IMG/VR virus record: IMGVR_UViG_3300029305_001437
Reading direction: 5' to 3' (one strand)
DNA: 37,344 nucleotides
DNA from: an uncultured virus (IMG/VR IMGVR_UViG_3300029305_001437)
Lineage: Duplodnaviria > Heunggongvirae > Uroviricota > Caudoviricetes
Shown here piece after piece: positions 25,999-37,000 of this stretch. The position numbers were made by a program, and so were the translations under genes. A model generated the notes under the pieces. That model saw only the letters and a program-made list of their open reading frames with translations, was not told the DNA's origin and did no database searches. The first letter of the stretch is position 1, and each line of letters opens with the position of its first letter.

Positions 25999-26865
25999 AT
26001 GGCAGGGTATGATAACTTCAATCGAGAATACCGACTTGCTGCAGGCAAGGCAGGGAAGAAGGGCTTTGAGATCGGGCATAAGAGTCCGCAACAGCCTGTT
26101 CCTCTGCATATCAACTTCTCGTTGCAGAAGGCAGACCTCCAGACCCCCAACACCGGAAAGGTGACGATATGGAACCTGAATGAGGCTCACCGTGAGCTGC
26201 TCAATGAGGAAGACTGCGTTCTGTCCCTCCGGGCAGGATACGGCGACCATATCTCCCTGATCTTCGCCGGTGTGGTCAGCTTTGCCACGACATCGAACGA
26301 CGGAGCTGACAGAAAGACGGAGATCGAAGTGGTTGACAGCCTAATTGAGATCCGTGATACCTACATCACGGTGTCCTACAACGGCAAGGTCAACTGGAAG
26401 CGGATATTCGACGATGTGGCGGCACAGATGGGTGTCGCCGTTTCTTATTCGTATAACGCCAGCAAGTATTTCAAGAACATCAACAACGGCTTCTCGTTTG
26501 TTGGCAAGGCGAGGGATGTGCTGACCCGTGGCTGTAACTGCTGCGGATTGGTGTGGAGCATCCAGAACGGCGTCCTGCAGGTCAAGAGGCCGAACGATGT
26601 TATGTCCAAGGAAGTATATGTGCTGTCCCCGGACAGCGGCCTGATCGGTATCCCGGCGAGAGTGGTCGTCGAGGAGGACGATGCGGGTGGTAAGACCTTG
26701 GGCTGGGATGTGGAGTATTTCCTGAACGGTGCCATCAACATTGACGACTATGTCAAGCTGGAGACCAAGACTGTCTCCGGCTACTTCCGGGTGTACTCAG
26801 TCGAAATGCAGGGAGATAACCTGTCTGGCGACTGGCTGTGCAAAGCTCGGCTTTTGGAGGTGTGA
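25999..26865 (+). CDS. baseplate hub protein
   Basis: N.GKVTIWNL, L.AGY, WSIQNG.LQ, LSPDSGLIG.P motifs; AAGGAGG RBS. Confidence 0.8.
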   Translation: MAGYDNFNREYRLAAGKAGKKGFEIGHKSPQQPVPLHINFSLQKADLQTPNTGKVTIWNLNEAHRELLNEEDCVLSLRAGYGDHISLIFAGVVSFATTSNDGADRKTEIEVVDSLIEIRDTYITVSYNGKVNWKRIFDDVAAQMGVAVSYSYNASKYFKNINNGFSFVGKARDVLTRGCNCCGLVWSIQNGVLQVKRPNDVMSKEVYVLSPDSGLIGIPARVVVEEDDAGGKTLGWDVEYFLNGAINIDDYVKLETKTVSGYFRVYSVEMQGDNLSGDWLCKARLLEV

Positions 26866-26866
26866 T

Positions 26867-27427
26867 ATGCTTCAGGAATTTGTAGAGAGCATCCGTAAGA
26901 TGGTGGACGCAAAGATAAACGAGATCCACACCACGATGCCCGGTAAGATCGTATCATTTGATACCGCCACCGGGCTTGCGACAGTCTTGCCTACGATGCG
27001 GTTCAAACTGAAGAATGGCACGACTGTCCCGTATCCGCAGATCACCGGCGTACCGGTGGTCTTTCCGCAGGTAAGCGGACAACAGGCAACCATCGCTTAT
27101 CCGGTCAAACCGGGTGATGGCTGCCTGATTTTTATTGCTGAGCACTCCATCGAATATTGGCTCTATGGTCAGGAAACAGATACAGACCTGTCCTTCGACC
27201 TCACAGATGCCTTCTGTATTCCGGGGCTGTTTCAGGCAGCGAACTCTGTGGTCGAAAAGGCTTGCAGGGAGAACGCAGTTATCGTCGCTGTGAAGGGCAC
27301 TGAGGTCGTCGTAAGGAAGAACGAGGTGGCGATTAACGCCCCGAACATCCTGCTGAACGGCAATGTTCAGGTGAACGGCAGCGTCACGGCAACCGGGGAG
27401 ATCCAGTCCACGGCTCCTGCGGAATAA
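26867..27427 (+). CDS. baseplate central spike (Gp138/gpV-like)
   Basis: IHT.MPG.IVSFD, VPVVFP, PVKPGDGCL.F, DL.DA..IPG motifs and a C-terminal beta-helix; GGAGG RBS before ATG 26867. Confidence 0.85.
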   Translation: MLQEFVESIRKMVDAKINEIHTTMPGKIVSFDTATGLATVLPTMRFKLKNGTTVPYPQITGVPVVFPQVSGQQATIAYPVKPGDGCLIFIAEHSIEYWLYGQETDTDLSFDLTDAFCIPGLFQAANSVVEKACRENAVIVAVKGTEVVVRKNEVAINAPNILLNGNVQVNGSVTATGEIQSTAPAE

Positions 27428-27446
27428 CACGAATGGAGGTTAGATA

Positions 27447-27800
27447 ATGGTTGACATTACGCTCGACAGAAACGGCGACATCGCCGTATCGGAGAACGGG
27501 GACATCTCCCTGACCGAAAGTATTTGCCAAGCGGTGCAGATCCGCCTGAAATGGATCAAAGAGGAATGGCGGCTCGGCCCTGACCTCGGCTTCGAGTGGT
27601 TCGAGGAGGTATTCGTTAAGAACCCGAACCTCGAAAACATTAGGCAGCTTATCCGCAGCGAGATCCTCCAGGTAGATGCCGTGGAGGAAGCTGAGGTAGT
27701 GAAGATCGAATACAAACCCCGGGAAAGAAAAGTCTACTTCGCCTGCACATTCAGGGTGAGCGGGGAGACCTATGCAGAGGAGGCGACAATCAATGTCTGA
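27447..27800 (+). CDS. baseplate wedge / sheath initiator (gp46/gp25-like)
   Basis: Q.V.IRL.W...EW.L....G..W and IR.EIL.V..V motifs. Confidence 0.75.
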   Translation: MVDITLDRNGDIAVSENGDISLTESICQAVQIRLKWIKEEWRLGPDLGFEWFEEVFVKNPNLENIRQLIRSEILQVDAVEEAEVVKIEYKPRERKVYFACTFRVSGETYAEEATINV

Positions 27801-29247
27801 ATACGGCCTGACCCCGAAGGGTCCGAACATCAAACGACTGGACACGATCATCGAAGAAATGCACGATGAGCTGTCTGCGTTGTGGGGCGTCAACACCCGG
27901 CAGAACCCCCAGTCGTTTATCAATCACCTGTTGACAAACATTGCCGACATTGCGGCAGAGCTGTGGGAGTTCGGTGAGGACACCTACTACTCCAAGTACC
28001 CGTCCACAGCCGAAGGCTCCTCCCTTGATAATGCCGCTCAGTATGGCGGTATCACGAGAGAGACAGCTGCGAAATCGTACTACCCGATACATTGTACCGG
28101 TACTGACGGCACCAAGCTGACCGCCGGCACGATGATCTCGTCCAAGACCAACCCCACGACCTACCTGACGCTGGCCGAGGAGAAGGAGATCACCAGAAGC
28201 TCCTTCAACAAGGCGGTCATCAAGGTGGTTGCGGCAGTTGCCGATGAGGTGTACACGGTGATGATCGACAATGACTCGTACCTGTCTATGTCCACCGAAG
28301 CCGACGAGCTCAAGATCTTGCAAGGTTTGCAGGGGGCGATCTCGAAGAACCCGAACTTCGTTGCGACTCTGGATGAGGAGAACGCACTGCTGACCATTGA
28401 GTCTGCGGTAAAAGATACATCTCACGCAATGGTACTGAGCGAGAACCTGACCACGGACACCGTAACCAGCATCCTGACCTTCGGCACCACGGAGACCGGC
28501 GACATCCTCGTTCCTGAGGGCGTTATTACCGGTATCGTAAAAGCTGATGCGGGATTGCTTTCAGTCGTCAATCTGTGCGGCTATGTACCGGGCAACAAGG
28601 AAGAAACGGACCCGGAGTTCCGCCAGTCCTACACGGACAAGATCTTCGGTCGGTCTTCTATGATGCTTGAGAGTATCCGATCCGCCATCCTGAACAATGT
28701 GCAGGGCGTCGTGAGTGTGGCTCCGTATGAGAACGCCACCAACGAGGTGGATGAGCAGGGCAGACCGCCCCACAGTATTGAAATCGTCGTGGACGGCGGC
28801 GACTCCACGCAGATTGCCCAGCAGATCTTGGCGAACAAAGCCGGCGGCATTGCGACCTTCGGCAACACGGTCATTACGCTACCTGGTGTATATGACGAGG
28901 ATATTCCGATCCGCTTCAACCGTCCTGAGGCTGTCTATGTATGGCTCCAGCTTGGTGTATCCAAGAAGCGGAATGAAAATCTGCCGGCCAACTATGTTGA
29001 GATCCTGAAAGAGGCGGTACTGAAGAACATCGGTAGCTTGGATGCAGGCGAAGATGTGGTCCCGCAGGAGTTTATGTCTGACCTCTACAAAGCCTGCCCT
29101 GGTATCAGTTATATCGACATCGGCATCTTCTCGTCTGTTAAGCCGTCAGAAAAACCTGACGATTACGCAGAACGGAGTGTTGATATTACCGCTCGGCAGA
29201 GAGCCTACATCGACGAGAGTATGATCGGGGTGATCCTGAATGAGTGA
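27793..29247 (+). CDS. baseplate J/gp47-family protein
   Basis: P.TAEG.SLD, ETD.EFR, PPHSIEIVVDGGD..IAQ.I...K..GI.T.G motifs. Confidence 0.9.
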   Translation: MSEYGLTPKGPNIKRLDTIIEEMHDELSALWGVNTRQNPQSFINHLLTNIADIAAELWEFGEDTYYSKYPSTAEGSSLDNAAQYGGITRETAAKSYYPIHCTGTDGTKLTAGTMISSKTNPTTYLTLAEEKEITRSSFNKAVIKVVAAVADEVYTVMIDNDSYLSMSTEADELKILQGLQGAISKNPNFVATLDEENALLTIESAVKDTSHAMVLSENLTTDTVTSILTFGTTETGDILVPEGVITGIVKADAGLLSVVNLCGYVPGNKEETDPEFRQSYTDKIFGRSSMMLESIRSAILNNVQGVVSVAPYENATNEVDEQGRPPHSIEIVVDGGDSTQIAQQILANKAGGIATFGNTVITLPGVYDEDIPIRFNRPEAVYVWLQLGVSKKRNENLPANYVEILKEAVLKNIGSLDAGEDVVPQEFMSDLYKACPGISYIDIGIFSSVKPSEKPDDYAERSVDITARQRAYIDESMIGVILNE

Positions 29248-29896
29248 TTACATCAAGAGGCTCCAGGAAGACCTTCTGGAGCAGTTCAAAGGTAGACCCA
29301 AGATCGACGCTCTGCTGCAGGTCATTGGACGGCAGTTCAATGATGTGTTCCGGTTCTATGAGCAGATCCGGACAGAAACGGACATAGACAACGCCGTAGG
29401 TCAGCAGCTTGATGGCATTGGCGATATTGTCGTGCTGTCCCGGGCTGAAGCAGGTAAGCTACTGACCGGGCAGGAAGCTACGAGCAATCCGGACGACGAG
29501 ACCTACCGCAGATACCTGATCTACAAGATCTTGAAGAATACCTGCGACTGTACCTATGCCGACATTATGAAGGCAATCGGTATGTTCTGGAAGGGTCCGC
29601 CCCTCCGGTATTCGGAGGATCCTGACAAGCCTGCCACGATCTGCTTCGACTTTGAAGCAAGCAAGGATCTGGCAGACCAGGCACTCGGCATCCCGTTCGT
29701 CAAGGCAGGCGGTGTTGGCCTGCACATGACGATGCACAAAGAAGATGAGTTTACGACCTACTTCGGCTTTGCATTGCAGAAGACGGTCACGACGCTCATC
29801 GAGTGCAGAGAAGCAGTCATCAACGACCAGACCTATCTGGCCGACGAGTTTGACATCATACTCGCCGACGAGGTGGGAGCTTGGCTCGTAGAATAG
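29240..29896 (+). CDS. baseplate wedge protein (DUF2612-like)
   Basis: A.G.QLD.IG.IV..SR and DDETYR.YL..KI.KN motifs. Confidence 0.8.
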   Translation: MSDYIKRLQEDLLEQFKGRPKIDALLQVIGRQFNDVFRFYEQIRTETDIDNAVGQQLDGIGDIVVLSRAEAGKLLTGQEATSNPDDETYRRYLIYKILKNTCDCTYADIMKAIGMFWKGPPLRYSEDPDKPATICFDFEASKDLADQALGIPFVKAGGVGLHMTMHKEDEFTTYFGFALQKTVTTLIECREAVINDQTYLADEFDIILADEVGAWLVE

Positions 29897-29907
29897 GAGG
29901 TTAAGGA

Positions 29908-31062
29908 ATGAAACTGGAATTGACAGCAGGCGGAATTGATTACCTTTCGCACTGCTTGGCCGGTGGGCCGTCTCCCCAGTTCTGCAAGATCACCCTCGGA
30001 AACGGTGCCAACGCAGGTATGGAGAGCAGAGAAATGTCCAACCCGGTCAAAGACATCGCCATTGCCGAGATGTCCCGGAGTGGCAACTTTGTAACGCTCA
30101 TCGGCAGACTGAACAACGCCGAGGTTGACGAGCGGTTCAAAGAAACGGAGATCGGTGTGTTCGTTACCGACCCGGACGACGATACCGGAACGGGCACGAT
30201 CCTGTTCGCATACGGATATGTTCCGGAAACGGAGGCGGCGGTTATCCCGGCTGCTGCAGACTACACCTTCGAGACCATCCAGAAGGTTATGGTCTATGTG
30301 GGTGCTACGCAGGATGTTACCGCTATCCTGAGTGATAGTCAGCTGACCGCTACCAAGGCGGAGTTGCAGGCTCACACGGATAACAGCGATAACCCGCACA
30401 ATGTTACCGCAGCTCAGGTTGGCTTGGGCAATGTGGAGAATAAGAGCATCAATGACCAGACCCCGGAGATCTATCTGTATTCCGACTATGACGATATTCA
30501 GGACGGAATGACAATGAAAGAGATCCTCGGTAAACTGGCAACTCTTGCGATGGTACATCGCTTCCACGAGGAAGACTCGGACAACCCGCATAACCTCGAT
30601 CCGGACTCCATCGGAGCTGCCTGGAGTGTTCACAGGCACAGCGTCAACGATATGATTACCGGTGTCCTGAGTCCCGCTCGTGGTGGCACCGGTGTGCAGA
30701 GCATATCCGCCCTTGCGAACGCATTGAGTAAATACTTCAACATCCCGTACTTCGGCGTCTACTCCGGTAACGGAGCCACAAAGAGGTTGATCTCCTTGGG
30801 CTTTACGCCGAGTGCTGTTCTTGTCGTGGACAGCCGTGGCTTTATGGGCGACGATGTCAACGGCACCTGCGGTGGCTTGGCTGTTGGTGGTAGTGGTGTC
30901 CGTGCATACGGCAGCTCCTCTGTTGCGGATGCGACAACCTGGAGCAACCAGTACACAGCCCTGCAGATCACGACCAACGGTTTCTATGTCAACTTCAACA
31001 GCAGTTACAAGAACGGCACGAATAAGAGCGGAGAGACATACCGCTACATTGCGTTCAGATAA
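29908..31062 (+). CDS. tail fibre/collar protein
   Basis: N-terminal LT..G...EIG.F..D...G.ILFAY baseplate-attachment pattern; two H...DNPHN repeats; RGGTG; C-terminal ISLGFTPSAV...YRYIAFR domain. Confidence 0.8.
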   Translation: MKLELTAGGIDYLSHCLAGGPSPQFCKITLGNGANAGMESREMSNPVKDIAIAEMSRSGNFVTLIGRLNNAEVDERFKETEIGVFVTDPDDDTGTGTILFAYGYVPETEAAVIPAAADYTFETIQKVMVYVGATQDVTAILSDSQLTATKAELQAHTDNSDNPHNVTAAQVGLGNVENKSINDQTPEIYLYSDYDDIQDGMTMKEILGKLATLAMVHRFHEEDSDNPHNLDPDSIGAAWSVHRHSVNDMITGVLSPARGGTGVQSISALANALSKYFNIPYFGVYSGNGATKRLISLGFTPSAVLVVDSRGFMGDDVNGTCGGLAVGGSGVRAYGSSSVADATTWSNQYTALQITTNGFYVNFNSSYKNGTNKSGETYRYIAFR

Positions 31063-31074
31063 GGGGGTATTTGA

Positions 31075-34000
31075 ATGGCAACGCAAAAGATTACAGAAAA
31101 GCAGCAGACCGAGAGTCTTCACGAGGAAGCCAGCGTACTGGTTACGCAGAAGGAGACCATCGAAGGCGTACAGAGAGAGTCTGTCCGTAGAGCTACGCTT
31201 GCAGCGGTTGTAGCCGCCCTGCGTAGCAAGGGTATCAACGAAGGATACCAGACCACGGAGGGCATTGAACTGATGTACCCGAACCTGGTCAAGAGCATCG
31301 ACACCATTGAGACCGGCATCCGGGTGACTTTCTGGGATGAAACATCTATGGACATCCCCATTGAGAGCGGCGGACTTGCCTTTGATGAGGTGTCTTACAA
31401 TCAGGAGACTGGCTACCTGCATATCACCTTGGAAGGTGAGGATGTGGTAGCCCCTTGTTATATCGGCGGAGGCGGAGGCGGTTCTACCTCCGGTACAGTC
31501 GTTAAGGTCGAGAACCTGACCGGCTGGGCGGCTACCACGGTTGCTCACGGAGAAGAAGTGGTTATCACCTTCAGTTACTATGACTACGACAGCGGCGGTG
31601 ATTTCACAAACAGCAGCGGTACTTTGGAACTGTCTGTGAACGGCAATGTTGTGGTGCAGAAGAACATCGAGCAGGGCACACACCCGATTGATGTCGGCCC
31701 GTACCTGTCTGCCGGCACGAACAAGATCAAGGTCAAGATCACCGACGAAGACGATATGTACGGTATGAAGACCTGGACGGTCAATGCCGTCGCCCTGTCC
31801 ATCAGTTCTACCTTTGACGATACCGCCGTGTACGAGGGAGATGCGGTATTCCGCTATACTCCGATCGGTGCGAATATCGTCAAGACTGTGCATTTTGAGG
31901 TGGACGGAAATCCGCTGCCGTCCGCAACTGTTACAGCCTCCAACCGTCAGCAGACATATACGATCCCGGCACAGGCCCACGGCTCCCACTCTTTGAAGGT
32001 GTATGTAACCGCCGAGGTGGAAGGCGTCAATGTTACCAGTAACGAGCTGGTGTACGATGTGATTTGGGCAGAGGAGGGGAATGATACCCCGATCATCGCT
32101 TGTAGCTTCCACGCAACCGTGAAGCAGTTCAGCACTGTCCTGATCCCGTACATCGTTTACAGCCCCTCCAGCCTGACCTCTGCTATCTCCCTGTATGTTG
32201 ACGGAGAGTGGGTGTCCAACCTGACCGTTGATAGAACGGTACAGAACTGGAGTTATAAGCCTACTGAGGCTGGTCTCCGGACGTTGAAGATCGTCTGCAC
32301 TCAGGGCGAGGGCGACGACCGGATTGTCGTTGAGAAGGAGATCCCGATCACCGTTGAGGACATTGGCATCACCGTCGAGCCGATTACCACGGGTCTGGTT
32401 ATGGACCTGAACCCGGAAGGCCGCACGAATAACGATGACAACCGCACCGAGTTCGGTTACACCGACGGCGAGGGTGTGAACCACCCCCTGACATTCTCCG
32501 AGAAATTCGACTGGGTCAACGGCGGCTTCCAGGTCGATGAGAACGGCAGCACCTACTTCTGCGTGAAGTGCGGAACGAGAGCCTACCTTGACCGCAGCCT
32601 GTTTGATACGAATATCATCACGGGCGGTAAGGAGATTAAGCTGGTGTTCCGGGCTACGAAGTGCCGGGACTACGATGCAGAGGTTGTATCCTGTATGACC
32701 GACGGCATCGGCCTGAAGCTCCAGGCACAGAAGGCCACCCTGAAATCCTTGCAGACCACACTTGAGGTGCCATACTGCGAGGACAACCTGATCGAGATGG
32801 ATATCAACATCGAACCGATCTCCAAGGATCGGGTAATGATGATCTGGCTCGAAGGCGTTCCCTCCAAGGTTGAGATCTACCCCACGGAGAACGAAGACTT
32901 TACACAGGATACCCCTGTGCCTCTGGTCATCGGCTCCGACGACTGTGATGTCCACATCTACCGCCTGAAGGTATACGATAACGACCTGACCCAGTATGAG
33001 ATCCACGAAAACTGGATTGCTGATGCTCCCAGTGCTGAGGAGATGGTGAACCGCTATAACCGGAACAACATCTACGACCAGAACGGCGACATCGACATCC
33101 AGAAGCTGATCGCTGCCAACCCCAACCTGCGTGTTTTGGAGATCACAGCTCCCAAGATGACCACTGGTAAAGAGGATGAGATCACCTGTACGGTGAAGCA
33201 CACCTACGGTGCCGGCGGCAAGGCTCATAAGTTCGTGGGCGAGGGCGTTATTATGAAGGCTCAGGGTACATCGTCTATGCAGTACGGCACAGCGGCGTAC
33301 AACCTGGATCTGGAGTTCCCCAACGGCTTCACCTTCGACGATGGCACTACGATCGGTTATTACAGTATGACCGACAAGAGCATCGGAGTGAACTATTTCA
33401 ACATCAAGCTGAATGTGGCATCCTCCGAAAACGCCAACAATGTCATTATGGCTGCGGAGTATAACGACTTCCAGCCGTATATCAACCCCGCAAGAGCAGC
33501 GAACCCCAAGGTTCGTGATACTGTCGAAGGCCAGCCTTGCGTTGTGTTCTTCACGAACAGCAGCGAGGAGACCATCCAGGTCGGTGCCTTGACTGTTGAA
33601 CCCGGCCAGACCATTATGTATGGCTGCGGCGATATGAACAACTCCAAAAAGAACTTTGCGGTGTTTGGTCAGCAGGATAACCCCTTGCAGTCCTGTGTTG
33701 AGATCCTGAACAACACGAACAACGGCTGCCTGTGGAAAACCGATGATCTGTCCACGGAAACTTGGGATGGTGAGGGCTCGTTTGAGTTCCGTTACCCCAA
33801 GAAACCGACCGCAGAGCATAAGGCTGCGTTCCAGCGTGTCCTGTCTTGGGTGGTATCCACCGACAGAACAGCTGCGACCGGCGAGGATCTGCCCGAAGCT
33901 GTTACCTACAACGGCGTAACCTATGACAAGGATACTGCCGAGTACCGTGGAGCCAAGTTCGTGGCAGAGCTGGAGGATTACTTCATCAAGGACTCTGTCC

Positions 34001-37000
34001 TGTACCACTACCTGTTCACAGAGCGGCACTCGATGGTCGATAACCGTGCGAAGAATGTGTTCGTATCTACCGATGATGGCATCCATTGGGATTTCACCAA
34101 AGACTACGATAACGACACGGCGGACGGTAACGACAACGAAGGCGGCCTGACCCTGACTTATGGTCTGGAGGATACTGATACCATCGGTACAAAGGATGTC
34201 TTCAACGCATCCCAGTCCGTCATTTGGTGCAATGTCCGTGACCTGATGTTCGACGACCTGCAGACACTCTACAAGAACCTTGAAACCAAGGGAGCTTGGT
34301 CTGCGACCCGTATCCTTGCCCGGTACAATGCCTATCAGGGTGCAAGACCTGAGGCACTGGTGATCGAGGATATGTGGAAGAAATACATCAAGCCCTACAC
34401 CAACCTGGGCGACTCCGGTTATCTGGAGATGCTGTATGGTACGAAATATGACCAGCGGCAGCAGTTTGAGGTGTATCAGGAGAAGTACATCTCCAGTAAG
34501 TACCTCGGCTCCATCGCCACCTCCGACACGATTACATTCCGTGCGTACACGCCTGCCAACTGGGGCGGCGTGGCTCCCAGTGACCAGATCACGATTACGA
34601 CCTATGCGGATATGTATATCAACCTGAAATCCGGTTCCGGTCTGGCAAGAGAGAGAGCGAAGCGTGGCGTTCCCGTTACGCTAACCTGCCCGATCGACAC
34701 CCTGAACGATACCGAGATCTACGCCTACAACGCATCGAACATTGCGGATGTAGGCGACCTGGCACCGCTTTATGTTGGCTACTTCAACATTGCGAGTGCT
34801 ATCAAGCTGCGGCACCTGAAGTTGGGCGATGCTGCGGCAGGCTACAACAACACCAACACCACGACCATCGGTGTTGGCAACAATGTCCTGCTGGAAACCA
34901 TCGACATCCGGAACTGCCCGAACCTCCGGGCATCCTTGGTGCTGACCGGCTGTGATGCTCTGGTATCCTTGGAGGCAGAGTGTAACAACTATGTCCCCGA
35001 AAACGCAGAGGATGTTCCCGGTATCACCGGTGTTGCGTTTGCACCCGGCGGCAAGATCCAGACGGCACACCTGCCTTATGTTACCGCTTTCTCTGCCCGT
35101 GAGCTGAAAAGCCTCACTGACCTGACCTTCACCAGCCTGAGCAAGCTCCGATCTTTGAGAGTGGAGAACTGCCCGACGATCAGTGCGTTGGATTTGATCG
35201 AAGCGACGATGCCGCAGGCTGAGGGAGATGTGGGCTTGACCAGAGCTCGTATCCTCGGTGTCGAGTGGTATCTGCCTGACACCAGCGTCCTTGACTATTT
35301 GGTCGGCCTGAAGGGTATGGATGAGAACGGCTACAACTCCGATCAGTCTGTCGTTACCGGTTATGCCTATGTTCCTACGATGCGAGAGTCGCAGAGACAG
35401 GAGTATTCCGCAGCGTGGACGGATCTGGAATTGGACTACGCCAACTTCATCCAGCAGTACCTCGTAACCTTTAAGAACTGGGACGGAACGGTGCTTCACA
35501 CCGTCTATGTTGACCAGGGCGAAAACGCCCCGGATCCTGTTGTGAATGAAATCATTCCCGAGCCTACCAGACCCAGCACTCAGTCTACGGACTACGCCTA
35601 TGACGGATGGGATACTTCCTTGGATGTCATTCTTGCGGCTCGTGAGATCACGGCAGTTTATGCTGAGTCGGTCAGACAGTACACAGTTCGCTGGCTTGCT
35701 GATCTCGGCATTGTACTGGAAACCCAGACTGTCGGATATGGCAGCGAGGCGATCTATCAGGGAGATATTCCCACGAAGACCGGTGAGGAAAGTGCGAGAA
35801 CCTACCACCTGTTCAAAGGTTGGAGGCAGAGCACCGGCTACATCACCGGCGACCTGGATGTTTGGGCTGACTGGGAGTCCGGTTCTCAGCCCTCTGGTAT
35901 CGTTGATACCCAGACATTGAACGCAGCTCAGTATTACGGACTGTGTCAGGCAGGTGAGGCACAGAACTATCTGTCCCTGAAAGACCGTGTCAAGATCCAG
36001 TTCGGCTTCGATCCCCAGTATGTCAACATCCCGTTCACAGACCTGATCGAGGAGCCTCTGGAGCTGGATGGTGCAACCTGCATTGATACCGAGCTGCAGC
36101 CGTTTAAGGAAGGCATCGAGAAGGGCTGGACACTGGTTGTAGACTGTAAATTCGACGACACCACCGCCGACCAGACGATGGTGTGCTGTATGCAGGAAAG
36201 CGGATACATGGGCTTCAAGGTGAAGTACAATGGCGGTCCTTCTGTGCAGTGGTCGACCAACAGCTACAACAGCGGTGCTACGACTTACCGGGAGATTATG
36301 GTACTTCGCCATCAGCCCGGAAGCAAGGACATCACGGTGTATTCATCCAAGGCTTATGACACCGTCATCGGCACCAAGTTGCTGACGAAGACCATCGACA
36401 CCCTGACAAACGCCAAGCTCTACATCGGTGCTACCGTTACCGATGGCGGCAGCATTGGTAACTTTGCCAAGGGCACTCTGTACTCCCTGCGTTTCTGGGA
36501 GGCAGACCTGGGCGATGCAGATTGCCGGCAGATCGTCTCTTGGCCCCGTGGGGTGTATACCTTCGAGGTGGGCGGCTTCCAGAACTACACGCTCTCTGCC
36601 AACTCCGTGCAGAAGACCAGCGTGGACTTCATCTGTGCATCTCTGCTCGAAAGAACGAAGCAGATGAACACGACCAACAGCAATGCCGGCGGCTTCGACG
36701 ATATGCCGCTGTTTAGCTGGATGCAGACAAGGCTGTATAATGCGTTCCCGATTGTATGGCGGAACTTTATGAAGCAGAGCGTCATTAAGTTCAACTGCTA
36801 TGTCAATGGCACTGACTCCCAGATTGAGGAGACTGATGCTTATGTATGGCTCCCGTCCTACACAGAAATGCAGGGCGGCACCGCAGAGCCTTGGATCTAC
36901 GAAGGTAACTGGGTCGAGTTCTTCGTAAACAACACGACCCGCATCAAGTTCCGTGGTCATTGTCTTGCACGGAGCGAGGACGGCGGATACCAGACCTTTA

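Noticed and set aside
25571..26153. ORFs across the repeat region (NRNRNR on +, GYGYGY on -)
   Set aside because: These are translations of the hexamer repeat that overlap real genes and lack an RBS. They may at most be a relic of an initiator gene.
29833..36312. Very long minus-strand ORFs (1417 aa and 543 aa, and similar ones elsewhere such as 10389-12389, 14543-16045 and 23003-24682)
   Set aside because: They are antisense shadows of + strand genes caused by codon bias, with no recognisable motifs or RBS.
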